From positions 1 through 47,614 of the IMG/VR virus record IMGVR_UViG_3300049183_000012: DNA of 47,614 bases; one strand, written 5' to 3'. The notes under the pieces are model-generated. The model worked only from the letters and a program-made list of their open reading frames with translations, searched no databases and was not told the DNA's origin. A program made the position numbers and the translations under genes. The stretch comes from a virus. Lineage: Duplodnaviria; Caudoviricetes. Each line of letters opens with the position of its first letter. The stretch's first letter is position 1. Below are positions 7,785 to 16,373 of this stretch, in pieces.

Positions 7785-9620
7785 ATGAATTGGACTGAGC
7801 AACCAGCACGCGGCACCGTGGTGTTCGACACCGAGGTCTACAAGGACTACTTCCTCGTCGCCTTCAAGAACATCGCCACCGGCACGACGCGGCATTTCGA
7901 GTGCTACGAGGGTCATCCGCTGTCGCAGCAGGTGATCCACATTCTCAAGGCCTGGCGGCTGGTCAGCTTCAATGGCCGGCGCTTCGACATGCCGATTCTG
8001 ATGCTGGCCTGCGCCGGCCACCCGCCGCAGGTCATGAAGGACGCGGCCGAGGCGATCATCGTCGAGAAGCTGAACCATTGGGACGACGAGTTCAAGCGCC
8101 GGTTCCCCGACGCCGACTACTACACCAAGGACTACGACCACATCGACCTGTTCGACGTGCCCGCTGGCCGCATGAGCCTGAAACTGTACGGCGGCCGGCT
8201 GCACTCGAAGCGCATGCAAGACCTGCCGATCGAGCCGGATCAAAGCATCAGTCCCGAGCAGCGTGCGCTGCTGGTCAGCTACTGCACGAACGACCTCGAC
8301 ACGACGATCGACCTCTACCGCTACCTCAAGCCGCAGATCGAGCTGCGCGAGCGCATGAGCAACGAATACAACTTCGACCTGCGCTCGAAGTCTGACGCCC
8401 AGGTGGCCGAGGCGGTGATCAAGGGTAAGGTGCGTATCGCGCTGGGCGGGTCGCAAATCGAGGTGCCGAAGATCGAGCGCGGTACGCTGTTCAAGTACCA
8501 GCGCCCGCACTTCGTGTGCTTCGACACGCCGGTGCTGAAGGAAACGCTCGCCGCCGTCGAGTCGGCCGAGTTCTACGTGCAGGAGACCGGCTACCTGGCC
8601 GAGCCGCCCGAGCTCAATCGCGACATCGTGATCGGCTCGTCGAAGTACCGCATGGGCATCGGCGGCCTGCACTCCATGGAGAAGAAGCAGATTCACGTGG
8701 CCGACGGCTGCACGCTGATCGACCGCGACGTGGCGAGCTACTACCCGGCCATCATCCTGCAGCTCGGCCTGTATCCGAAGCAGATGGGCTCGACGTTCCT
8801 GCAGGTCTACCGCGACATCGTGAAGCGCCGGCTTGAGGCCAAGGCCCGCGGCGACAAGACCACCGCCGACAGCCTGAAGATCACGATCAACGGGTCGTTC
8901 GGCAAGTTCGGCAGCAAGTGGTCGACGCTCTACTCGCCCGACCTGCTGCTGCAGGTGACGGTGACCGGCCAGCTTTGCCTGCTGATGCTGATCGAAATGC
9001 TCGAGCTCGAAGGCATCAGCGTCGTCAGCGCGAACACCGACGGCATCGTGATCAAGTGCCCGAACGGGCGTGAACGCGACATGGACGCCGTCGTGCGGGC
9101 CTGGGAACTGTGCACCGGCTTCGAGACCGAGGGCACGCCCTACAAGGCGCTCTACTCGCGCGACGTGAACAGCTATATCGCCGTGAAGCCTGACGGCGAG
9201 GCGAAGCGCAAGGGCGCGTTCGCAGAGGCCAAGATGGTGGGCAGTTCGTGGCCCGCGCCCGAGAACGATGTTTGCGTCGAGGCCGCGGTCGAACTGCTGA
9301 CCAAGGGCACGCCGGTCGAGGACACGATCGCCCAGTGCAACGACGTGCGCAAGTTCGTCAGCGTGCGGCGCGTGGCCGGCGGCGCCGTGAAGGGCGATCA
9401 GTACCTCGGCAAGGCGATCCGCTGGTACTACGCCGAAGGCGAGACCGGCGCCATTCACTATAAGACGAACGGCAACAAGGTCGCCAAGAGCGACGGGGCG
9501 CGGCCACTGATGGACCTGGGCGACGGCTCGGTGCCCGCTGACCTTGACCGCGGCTGGTATGTGCGCGAGGCATATTCGATCCTCGCCGACGTTGGCTACA
9601 AAGTGAAAGAACTGGCATGA
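7785..9620 (+). CDS. Family B DNA polymerase with 3'-5' exonuclease domain
   Basis: Exo motifs FDTE, FNGRRFD, YCTNDL; polymerase motifs DVASYYP, KITINGSFG, NTDG. Confidence 0.9.
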   Translation: MNWTEQPARGTVVFDTEVYKDYFLVAFKNIATGTTRHFECYEGHPLSQQVIHILKAWRLVSFNGRRFDMPILMLACAGHPPQVMKDAAEAIIVEKLNHWDDEFKRRFPDADYYTKDYDHIDLFDVPAGRMSLKLYGGRLHSKRMQDLPIEPDQSISPEQRALLVSYCTNDLDTTIDLYRYLKPQIELRERMSNEYNFDLRSKSDAQVAEAVIKGKVRIALGGSQIEVPKIERGTLFKYQRPHFVCFDTPVLKETLAAVESAEFYVQETGYLAEPPELNRDIVIGSSKYRMGIGGLHSMEKKQIHVADGCTLIDRDVASYYPAIILQLGLYPKQMGSTFLQVYRDIVKRRLEAKARGDKTTADSLKITINGSFGKFGSKWSTLYSPDLLLQVTVTGQLCLLMLIEMLELEGISVVSANTDGIVIKCPNGRERDMDAVVRAWELCTGFETEGTPYKALYSRDVNSYIAVKPDGEAKRKGAFAEAKMVGSSWPAPENDVCVEAAVELLTKGTPVEDTIAQCNDVRKFVSVRRVAGGAVKGDQYLGKAIRWYYAEGETGAIHYKTNGNKVAKSDGARPLMDLGDGSVPADLDRGWYVREAYSILADVGYKVKELA

Positions 9621-9823
9621 AGGACTTCTACGAGCGCTACTACCCGCCGATGACCGGCGACGATGACGAAGACCCTGAACCACGCGCGCCAAAGTGCAAC
9701 CGCTGCGGCTCGACGCAAGTGCGCTGGCGCCAGCAGGGCGGCAAGTGGGTGCTGTTCAGCCTGAAACCGGGAATTGAGCACGTCTGCCCCGTGGTCGACG
9801 AGTTCGACGTGCTGCCCGATTAG
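9617..9823 (+). CDS. Small zinc-ribbon-like protein
   Basis: CNRCGS...HVCP; coupled to the polymerase stop. Confidence 0.65.
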   Translation: MKDFYERYYPPMTGDDDEDPEPRAPKCNRCGSTQVRWRQQGGKWVLFSLKPGIEHVCPVVDEFDVLPD

Positions 9824-9832
9824 GGTTTTTCC

Positions 9833-9862
9833 TTGAGCAAGACTTTTAGCAGGTGCTAATAT
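9833..9862 (+). promoter_or_regulatory. Promoter TTGAGC-N18-TAATAT with perfect operator TTAGCAGGTGCTAA (9846-9859)
   Basis: Sequence resembles the promoters at 2412-2439 and 3196-3224. Confidence 0.7.
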
Positions 9863-9976
9863 CTGCTCATCGCATCAACAACCCAAGACCATGCGCCACA
9901 CCTACAGCACCCTCGCCATTGCACGCCGCCACCCGCGGCTGTTCAGCAAGCTCGTCGCGGCCTGCCGGAGCACGAC

Positions 9977-10456
9977 GTGCTGACGCTTGAAAGACTGAAG
10001 GCGCTGATGGCCTACGACCCCGAGACAGGCCTGTTCACGCGGCTCGACTTGCGCGGAGGTGCTACCGCGCAGCCATCGACGCTCGACGACATGGGATACG
10101 TCCGCGTCTGCATCGACTACAAGCGGTTCCGCCTGCACCGCTTGGCCGTGTTCTACATGACCGGCGCGATGCCAACCGGCCATGTCGACCACATCAACGG
10201 GGTCCGACACGACAACCGCTGGTCGAACCTGCGCGTCGTCTCGCACCGCACGAACATCGAGAACCGTAAAGGCCCGAACGCAAACAGCAAGACGGGACTG
10301 CTCGGCGTGCACTTCAGCCGCAGCGACAACAAGTTCAAAGCGCAGATAACCGTCAACTACAAGTTCGTCTCCCTCGGGCGCTTCGACACCGCAGAGGAAG
10401 CGAGCAAGGCCTACATGGCGGCGCGGCGTCGCCTCCACCAAGGAAACACCCTATGA
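9977..10456 (+). CDS. HNH endonuclease with AP2 domain
   Basis: YDPETGLF, HRLA, VDHINGVRHDNRWSNLR, LGRFDTAEEA. Confidence 0.9.
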   Translation: MLTLERLKALMAYDPETGLFTRLDLRGGATAQPSTLDDMGYVRVCIDYKRFRLHRLAVFYMTGAMPTGHVDHINGVRHDNRWSNLRVVSHRTNIENRKGPNANSKTGLLGVHFSRSDNKFKAQITVNYKFVSLGRFDTAEEASKAYMAARRRLHQGNTL

Positions 10457-10609
10457 ACCTCGACTTTTGGATCACGAGCGAAGGCGTGCATATCGTGCTG
10501 ATCGACAACTACACCGTGCGCCATGTCGGCGTGCTTTGGATCACAGCGTGATCGTGCTCGCCGTCCTGCACGTCATCGCCCTCGTGGCCGTCCTTTGGAT
10601 CGAACGCAA

Positions 10610-10942
10610 ATGACACCCTACAACACCGGCAAAGTGAAGATCGGCGCGACCTACACCCCGCGCCCCCGCCCCGAGTATTCGCACGGCTTCAGCGGCCCGC
10701 ACAAGCGGCCGTTCTTCGACAAGGTCGACACGCCTGTGATGAAGGCCTGCCTGCTGGCGGCCATCGCGTTCGTCGTGATCGTGCTGACGGGGTGCGGCGG
10801 GGCCCCGCGCGTAACGGTCCTCTGCGGGCTCGACGGCAACGCGTACAGCGCCCGCTTCACGACCGACGCGGTCGCGCAGCTCAGGCGCATGCCCGAAGGC
10901 GACCCGCTCTGCGCGAAGCTCAAGGCGGCGCCGACGACATGA
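10610..10942 (+). CDS. Hypothetical membrane or lipoprotein-like protein
   Basis: MTPYNTGKVKIG start; hydrophobic stretch ending in an internal LTGC. Confidence 0.6.
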   Translation: MTPYNTGKVKIGATYTPRPRPEYSHGFSGPHKRPFFDKVDTPVMKACLLAAIAFVVIVLTGCGGAPRVTVLCGLDGNAYSARFTTDAVAQLRRMPEGDPLCAKLKAAPTT

Positions 10943-11391
10943 CCCCCTTCGACGACTTCTTCAAGGCGAACTATCGCCGCATGGTCGGCTACTGCACGGG
11001 GCTCGGCCACCGCGAGGCCGATGTCGAGGAAGAAGTCGCCGACGTGATCCTGACCCACTACGACGAATACATGCAACGCATCGAAGGCCCCAACCCGCAG
11101 GCCACGGCCCGCGCGTGGATGAACCGGCGCGTGCTGCTGAACCTGAAGACCCGCTACCGGCTGCACGCGAACAGCAAGACCGAGCCGATCGACGACGAGC
11201 ACGAGGTGCTGACGTTCGACGACCCGGCCGAAATCCTGAGCGTCAAGCAGCGCCTGCCCGAGGTGCACCCGCTGCTGATCAACTACGAGCCCTATGGTGG
11301 CACGGCCAGCGCGAAGGGCGAGAACACCAGCGCCGACAAGACCCGGTTCTGTCGCGAGCGCAAGAAGTTCCTGAACGCGCTGAACGTATGA
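10939..11391 (+). CDS. ECF sigma-factor-like protein (sigma70 region 2)
   Basis: FDDFFKANYRRMVGYC..LG..EADVEEEVADVIL...ARAWMNRRVLLNLKTRYR follows the ECF region 2.1-2.4 pattern; region 4 is degenerate. Confidence 0.55.
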   Translation: MTPFDDFFKANYRRMVGYCTGLGHREADVEEEVADVILTHYDEYMQRIEGPNPQATARAWMNRRVLLNLKTRYRLHANSKTEPIDDEHEVLTFDDPAEILSVKQRLPEVHPLLINYEPYGGTASAKGENTSADKTRFCRERKKFLNALNV

Positions 11392-11720
11392 AATACCGCG
11401 ACCTTCAGGAGCGCCTGCTCGCGAACAGCGTGCCAGAGCACACCGGCCACACGATCAACGGCGAGCCGTCCGAGTGCTGGATATGGATCGCCCGGCAAAA
11501 TGGTCGCGGCTACGGCGTGCTGAACCTGCGGCTGAACGGCAGGCACGTCACGAAGAAAGCGCACCACGTGGCCACCCAGGTCTTCGCAGGCGTCACGCTC
11601 GATCAGGAACGCGACACCTGGGAGCACCACTGCAAGCAGCCGCTGTGCATCCACCCCAACCACGGCGAGCCGATGTCGAACGCGAAGAACGCGGGCGGTC
11701 GGAGAAACGGAAGACGATGA
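11388..11720 (+). CDS. HNH / zinc-binding-loop endonuclease
   Basis: ECWIW...GYG...AHH...HHCKQPLCIHPNH. Confidence 0.8.
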   Translation: MKYRDLQERLLANSVPEHTGHTINGEPSECWIWIARQNGRGYGVLNLRLNGRHVTKKAHHVATQVFAGVTLDQERDTWEHHCKQPLCIHPNHGEPMSNAKNAGGRRNGRR

Positions 11721-12058
11721 GTGCGCTAGGACCTGCCTTTGATCGCTTCGCCAGGCTGGCGAAGCCCGCGCGCGAGCGCGACATTGAGGCGTACCTGAAA
11801 AAGCGGGTCAAAGAACTCGGCGGCGAGATCAGGAAGACCAAATGGGTCGGGCGCGTCGGTGCGCCTGATCGGCGCGTAATGCTGCCCGACCGGGCGCCGG
11901 TGTGGGTGGAATTGAAAAACCCCGAGACGATCGCGACGTTCCCCGCCAACGGGCACGAGCGGCAGCAGTTGCGCGAGATCAATCGCATGCGCCGCCTGGG
12001 CGAACTGGTCGAGGTCATTGGCACGATCGAAGGCGTCGAGGAGTTGCTTCGTGGCTGA
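11717..12058 (+). CDS. VRR-NUC nuclease
   Basis: ERDIEAYL, GAPDR, WVELK, downstream Q. Confidence 0.85.
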   Translation: MSALGPAFDRFARLAKPARERDIEAYLKKRVKELGGEIRKTKWVGRVGAPDRRVMLPDRAPVWVELKNPETIATFPANGHERQQLREINRMRRLGELVEVIGTIEGVEELLRG

Positions 12059-12581
12059 AGAGTGGCGCCCGGTCGTGGGGTTCGAGGGCTACTACGAGGT
12101 GTCGAACCTCGGGCGTGTTCGCTCGGTGACACGCGTGTCGCGCAACGGCAATGGGCCGTGCACGAAGCGCGGATGTCTTATGAAGCAGAGCCGGAACAGC
12201 GCCGGCTACCTCGCCGTACAACTGAGCCGCGACGGCGTGCGTGTGTCGAAGACGGTGTCAAGTTTGATCGGCGCCGCGTTCCTCGGTGCTGCTGAAGAGG
12301 TCGACCACCGCAACCGGCAGCGCGATGACAACCGACTAGAGAACCTGCGCCCGGCGACCACTCGACAGAACGCAGCGAACACCGGCCCGCGTCGACGCAA
12401 CAAGAGTGGCTACAAAGGGGTGTCGCCGTTTAAGACCCGGGACTGTTGGCGCGCCGTGATCTTCGTCGACGGCAAGCAGAAGCACCTCGGCTATTTCGAC
12501 GACCCGATCGACGCCGCGCGGTGCTATGACGCGGCGGCTAAGGCGCTGCACGGCGAGTTCGCGTGGTTGAACAATGCGTGA
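12051..12581 (+). CDS. NUMOD4-HNH-AP2 homing endonuclease
   Basis: EEWRPVVGFEGYYEVSNLGRVRS, VDHRNRQRDDNRLENLR, SGYKGV, HLGYF..AA..YD. Confidence 0.9.
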   Translation: MAEEWRPVVGFEGYYEVSNLGRVRSVTRVSRNGNGPCTKRGCLMKQSRNSAGYLAVQLSRDGVRVSKTVSSLIGAAFLGAAEEVDHRNRQRDDNRLENLRPATTRQNAANTGPRRRNKSGYKGVSPFKTRDCWRAVIFVDGKQKHLGYFDDPIDAARCYDAAAKALHGEFAWLNNA

Positions 12582-13959
12582 CCTGACGCTCAGGCCCTAC
12601 CAGCCGCTAATGCGCGACCACGTCATCGACACGCCGCGCGGCGCGCTGTTCGTCCCCATGGGCATGGGCAAATCGTCGGCCACGCTGTCGGCCATCGCCG
12701 CGATCCTGCTGGCCGAGCGGATCAAGGTGCTGATCGTGGCACCCGTGCGCGTGGCCCGCGACACCTGGCCCGACGAGCTGCGGCGCTGGAAACAGTTCGC
12801 ACACCTGCGGTTCTCGGTCGTCGTCGGCAGCGCCGAGGAACGGGCCCGAGCCCTGGCCGTCGACGCCGACATCTACACCGTGAACTTCGAGGTGCTGCCC
12901 TGGCTCGTCGAACGCCTGGGCGACAAGTGGCCGTTCAGCATGGTCGTCGTCGACGAGTCGTCGAAGCTGAAGGGGTTCCGGCTGCGGCAAGGTACGCAGC
13001 GGGCCCGCGCGTTGGCGAAGGTGGCACACAAGCATGTGCAGCGGCTGGTGCTGCTCACCGGCACGCCCAGCCCGAACGGGATCATGGACCTGTGGGGCCA
13101 GATGTATTTCATCGACGCCGGCCAGCGGCTGGGCCGCACGTTCAGCGGCTTCACCGGCCGGTGGTTCTACAACGTCGCGAAGGGCGACAGCGGGTTCACG
13201 CAGCTCGTGCCGCACGCCCACGCTCAAGGCGAGATACAGGAGCGCATCCGCGACGTGTGCCTGAGCCTGAACGCGAAAGACTGGTTCGACATCGCCGACC
13301 CGGTGCGCAACGTGATCAGGGTCAAGATGCCGGCCGACGCGATGGCGCGCTACCGCGAGCTCGAGAAGGACCTCTACACCCAACTGAACGGCCACGAGGT
13401 CGAGGCGGTGAGCGCGGCGGCCAAGTCGGTCAAGTGCCTGCAGATGGCGAGCGGCGCGGTCTACACCGACGAGACCTGCAGCGCGTTCACCGAGGTGCAC
13501 GACGCGAAGCTGCAGGCCCTCGAGTCGGTGATCGAGGAAGCGGCCGGCATGCCGGTGCTGGTGGCCTACCACTTCAAGAGCGACCTCGCGCGGATCGCGA
13601 AGGCGTTCCCGCAGGCCGCGAACCTGGCGACCGATCAGGGCATGGCCCGGTTCAAGGCCGGCGACGCGCCGCTCGGGCTCGCCCACCCGGCCAGCTTGGG
13701 GCACGGCGTGGACGGCCTGCAGCGGGTGACGAACATCGTGTGCTTCTTCTCGCAGTGGTGGAACAGCGAAGAGCACGACCAGTTCGTCGAGCGCGTGGGC
13801 CCGGTGCGCCAGGCTCAGGCAGGGCTCGATCGCCCCGTGTTCGTGCACTACCTCACGGCCGAGGGCACGGTAGACGAACTGGTCGTCGCTCGGCGAGACT
13901 CCAAGCGCAGCGTGCAGGACGCGCTGCTCGACTACTTGAAAGCGAAAGGAATCAAATGA
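12574..13959 (+). CDS. SNF2-family helicase
   Basis: LRPYQ, MGMGKS, VVDESS, LTGTP, GHGVDGLQ. Confidence 0.9.
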   Translation: MRDLTLRPYQPLMRDHVIDTPRGALFVPMGMGKSSATLSAIAAILLAERIKVLIVAPVRVARDTWPDELRRWKQFAHLRFSVVVGSAEERARALAVDADIYTVNFEVLPWLVERLGDKWPFSMVVVDESSKLKGFRLRQGTQRARALAKVAHKHVQRLVLLTGTPSPNGIMDLWGQMYFIDAGQRLGRTFSGFTGRWFYNVAKGDSGFTQLVPHAHAQGEIQERIRDVCLSLNAKDWFDIADPVRNVIRVKMPADAMARYRELEKDLYTQLNGHEVEAVSAAAKSVKCLQMASGAVYTDETCSAFTEVHDAKLQALESVIEEAAGMPVLVAYHFKSDLARIAKAFPQAANLATDQGMARFKAGDAPLGLAHPASLGHGVDGLQRVTNIVCFFSQWWNSEEHDQFVERVGPVRQAQAGLDRPVFVHYLTAEGTVDELVVARRDSKRSVQDALLDYLKAKGIK

Positions 13960-14399
13960 ACAAGCCGTTCTACTGCGGGCCGCACGACCGATCGTTCGCG
14001 ATCGGCGGCCACTGCCCCGACTGCGCTGCTGCTCGCGGGGTCAGGGCTGCACGCGCCGCGGCCGACGACGCCCTGAGCGAAGCCGGGCTCGGCGTGCCGA
14101 TCGACGTTGGTCCCGTGGTCAACCGCATGGAGCAGCACAACGCCGAGGCGCGCGAAGCCCTCGCGAATTTCCGCGCTGCGGCCAGTTCCCTCGACACCCA
14201 GGTCGCAGGCGACCACTACAAGAAGCTGAAGATTCAGCCGATCGAGTACATCCACGCGAACGGCATCCCCTTCGCCGAGGGCAGCGTGATCAAGTACGTG
14301 ACCCGCTGGCGCGAGAAGGGTGGCATCAAGGACTTGGAGAAGGCTCGCCACTTCCTCGACCTGCTGATCGAGCTCGAACAGAAGAAAGCGTCGCCATGA
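13956..14399 (+). CDS. DUF3310 protein (T7 gp1.7-like nucleotide kinase domain)
   Basis: QVAGDHY..IQPIEYI..F.EG.VIKYVTRWREKGGIKDLEKA. Confidence 0.85.
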   Translation: MNKPFYCGPHDRSFAIGGHCPDCAAARGVRAARAAADDALSEAGLGVPIDVGPVVNRMEQHNAEAREALANFRAAASSLDTQVAGDHYKKLKIQPIEYIHANGIPFAEGSVIKYVTRWREKGGIKDLEKARHFLDLLIELEQKKASP

Positions 14400-14587
14400 A
14401 CGAAGACCTGATCGCCGAACTGTGGGCCCGCGCGCTCGTCGAGGGTGAAGGGGTCCGCGGCGTCGGCCAGCGCATGGCGCAGCTCGTGGCTGAAGAGTGC
14501 GTGCGGGTGATTGAAGAGAACCCGAAGCACGGCGGGTTCATGCTGGCCGACGCCATCCGTGAAAAGTTCGGCTTGTCCGAAATTTGA
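14396..14587 (+). CDS. Hypothetical protein
   Basis: Coupled ORF; AQLVAEEC...ADAIREKFG. Confidence 0.65.
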   Translation: MNEDLIAELWARALVEGEGVRGVGQRMAQLVAEECVRVIEENPKHGGFMLADAIREKFGLSEI

Positions 14588-14601
14588 GCAACTGCTAAAT
14601 T
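14573..14601 (+). promoter_or_regulatory. xis/int promoter TTGTCC-N17-TAAATT with operator TGAGCAACTGCTAA (14585-14598)
   Basis: Exact 17-nt spacer; the ATG lies 7 nt after the -10 (leaderless geometry). Confidence 0.65.
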
Positions 14602-14608
14602 GCACAAC

Positions 14609-14902
14609 ATGGTCGCCACACAACTCACGCTCACGCAGCTCGCCGTCGCCCTGGGCATCAGCGAGCGGCAGGCCGCCCGGCTCGCGCGTGACGGACTGCC
14701 CAGCACGCCGGTCGGGCAGCGTGGTAAAAGGTACGACTTGGCCGAGTGCAAGGCCTGGCTCCGCGGAACGTACCAATGTCGATCAAGAGAACCAAAGCCG
14801 GCGGCTACGAAATCAATGTCTGCGTCAACTATCAGCGCGTTCACCGCCGCCTGCCGCCAGGTACAAGTGCGAGTGAAGCCAAGCGAGTCGACGCAGAGCT
14901 GA
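14609..14902 (+). CDS. Excisionase-like HTH protein
   Basis: LTLTQLAVALGISERQAARL..GLP...RYDLAECKAWL (MerR/Xis-like); immediately upstream of and overlapping int. Confidence 0.7.
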   Translation: MVATQLTLTQLAVALGISERQAARLARDGLPSTPVGQRGKRYDLAECKAWLRGTYQCRSREPKPAATKSMSASTISAFTAACRQVQVRVKPSESTQS

Positions 14903-15735
14903 AGGCCGCGCTCGGCAAGCGCGCCGGCCCGGTGATCCCGGGCGACCCCGGCATGACCGAAGTGATGGCCCTCTACATGGGCCACCTTGAGACGCTTCGC
15001 AGCCCCGACACCGCCCGCTACCACGCCCTGCGCATCGGCCAGTGGGTCGGCCGCTACAAGGCGTCAGAGGCCCGCGCCTGCGCGGCGCATATCGTCAAGG
15101 ACATGACCGGCGCCTACAAGCCGGCCACGATCAATCGCAGCCTTGGCGCCCTGAAGAAAGCGCTGCGCCTCGCGTGGGAGAGCGGCGCCACGCCGGTCAA
15201 CTACAGCGAGCACGTCAAGCGCTTGCCCGAGAATAATCAGCGCACGGTCTACCTGTCGCTCGAGCAGGTGCGCCACCTGGCCGACCACGCGAGCGAGAAC
15301 GTCCGCGCCGCCATCTGGATCGCGTTGCTGACCGGGTGCCGGCGCGGCGAGGTCTGTAAGGTGAGGGCGGGGGACATCGGCACCGATACGATCAAGCTGC
15401 AGGCTGGCAACACGAAGACCCTGCGCTACCGCGAGGTACCGATAACGCCGGCCCTGCGCCCATGGCTCAAGTACCTGCCACTGCCGATCAACTACGAGGG
15501 CGTGAAATCGGGCTTCCGACGGGCCCGCGAGGCGGCCGGCATGGAGAACGTCAACTTCCACGACCTGCGCCACTCGTGCGCGACCATCCTGCTCGGGCTC
15601 GACGTGCCGCTGCACGTCGTGCGTGACATCCTCGGCCACACCTCGGTGAAAACAACGGAGCGCTACACCCACGTGCAGGTCGCCCCGCAGCGCGCCGCGC
15701 TCGAAAAGCTGGGCGATGCAGTCAGCGCGGCGTGA
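14776..15735 (+). CDS. int: Tyrosine integrase
   Basis: TGCRRGE, KT, FHDLRH, LGH, TERY catalytic residues. Confidence 0.95.
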   Translation: MSIKRTKAGGYEINVCVNYQRVHRRLPPGTSASEAKRVDAELKAALGKRAGPVIPGDPGMTEVMALYMGHLETLRSPDTARYHALRIGQWVGRYKASEARACAAHIVKDMTGAYKPATINRSLGALKKALRLAWESGATPVNYSEHVKRLPENNQRTVYLSLEQVRHLADHASENVRAAIWIALLTGCRRGEVCKVRAGDIGTDTIKLQAGNTKTLRYREVPITPALRPWLKYLPLPINYEGVKSGFRRAREAAGMENVNFHDLRHSCATILLGLDVPLHVVRDILGHTSVKTTERYTHVQVAPQRAALEKLGDAVSAA

Positions 15736-16171
15736 GCTTCTTCCACGCAGGCACTCGCGGCGGTGCGATCAACGCCTCGCCTCGAACACCCTTGTTGTAG
15801 CGCTTGTAGAGGGTCGTGAACCCGATGCCGGTGCGCTTCGACCACGCCAAGATGCACAGCGTCTCGCCATTGATCTCGACCGGGCGCACATCCGTTCTGT
15901 TCTCCGCCTGCTGAAGCATCGTCGCCCAGCGGCAATTAGCCGGCTCGTAGTGCCCATTCGGGTCAATACGGTCAAGCGTGAGACCTTCGCGGTAGCCGTT
16001 CGCCTCGGCCCAAGCCTTGAACGCCGGGAAAGAACTCCATTCGTCGCACACCCGCACACCCTTACCTGCGTACCAACGTGCGTTGGTCCCGCGCGGATTG
16101 TTGCATCGCCAGCGCATACCGCGCCAAGTGGTGTAGAGCCGGGTCTTTGTCTCGCCGTGTCGTTCGTGCAT
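15722..16171 (-). CDS. HNH-family endonuclease
   Basis: RLY..W..MR.RC...Y.GKGVRVCDEW..F..F...LTLDRIDPNGHYEPANCRWAT. Confidence 0.8.
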   Translation of the reverse strand: MHERHGETKTRLYTTWRGMRWRCNNPRGTNARWYAGKGVRVCDEWSSFPAFKAWAEANGYREGLTLDRIDPNGHYEPANCRWATMLQQAENRTDVRPVEINGETLCILAWSKRTGIGFTTLYKRYNKGVRGEALIAPPRVPAWKKLTPR

Positions 16172-16179
16172 GCGCGAAC

Positions 16180-16368
16180 TTTACATCGGTTTCACCACTT
16201 GCGGCAATGGTGAAAAAGATGGTCCGACGCCGCCCGCCCATGTCCGCCAAGTCGTTGATTCGCAAGGCCTTTCCGGGCTGACAGGAGCCGCCGAACTGCC
16301 TTCACACGGCAGGCGCAATGCCTTAAGAATCAACAACTTAGACCGCGCTGGTGTAACGGCTGGTGCAA
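16180..16368. other. attP: core CTGCC-TTCACAC-GGCAG (16296-16312), two IHF sites, arm-type repeats
   Basis: IHF consensus WATCAANNNNTTR at 16248-16260 (-) and 16328-16340 (+); TGGTG(A/T/C)AA repeats at 16190-16197 (-), 16208-16215, 16349-16356 and 16361-16368; 7-nt overlap between inverted repeats. Confidence 0.75.
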
Positions 16369-16373
16369 AAGTT

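Noticed and set aside
7377-9692. 771-aa minus-strand ORF
   Set aside because: Antisense shadow of the DNA polymerase gene.
16270-16340. A second or pseudo-tRNA
   Set aside because: Only the anticodon arm is present, with no acceptor, D or T arm; it fits better as the att core.
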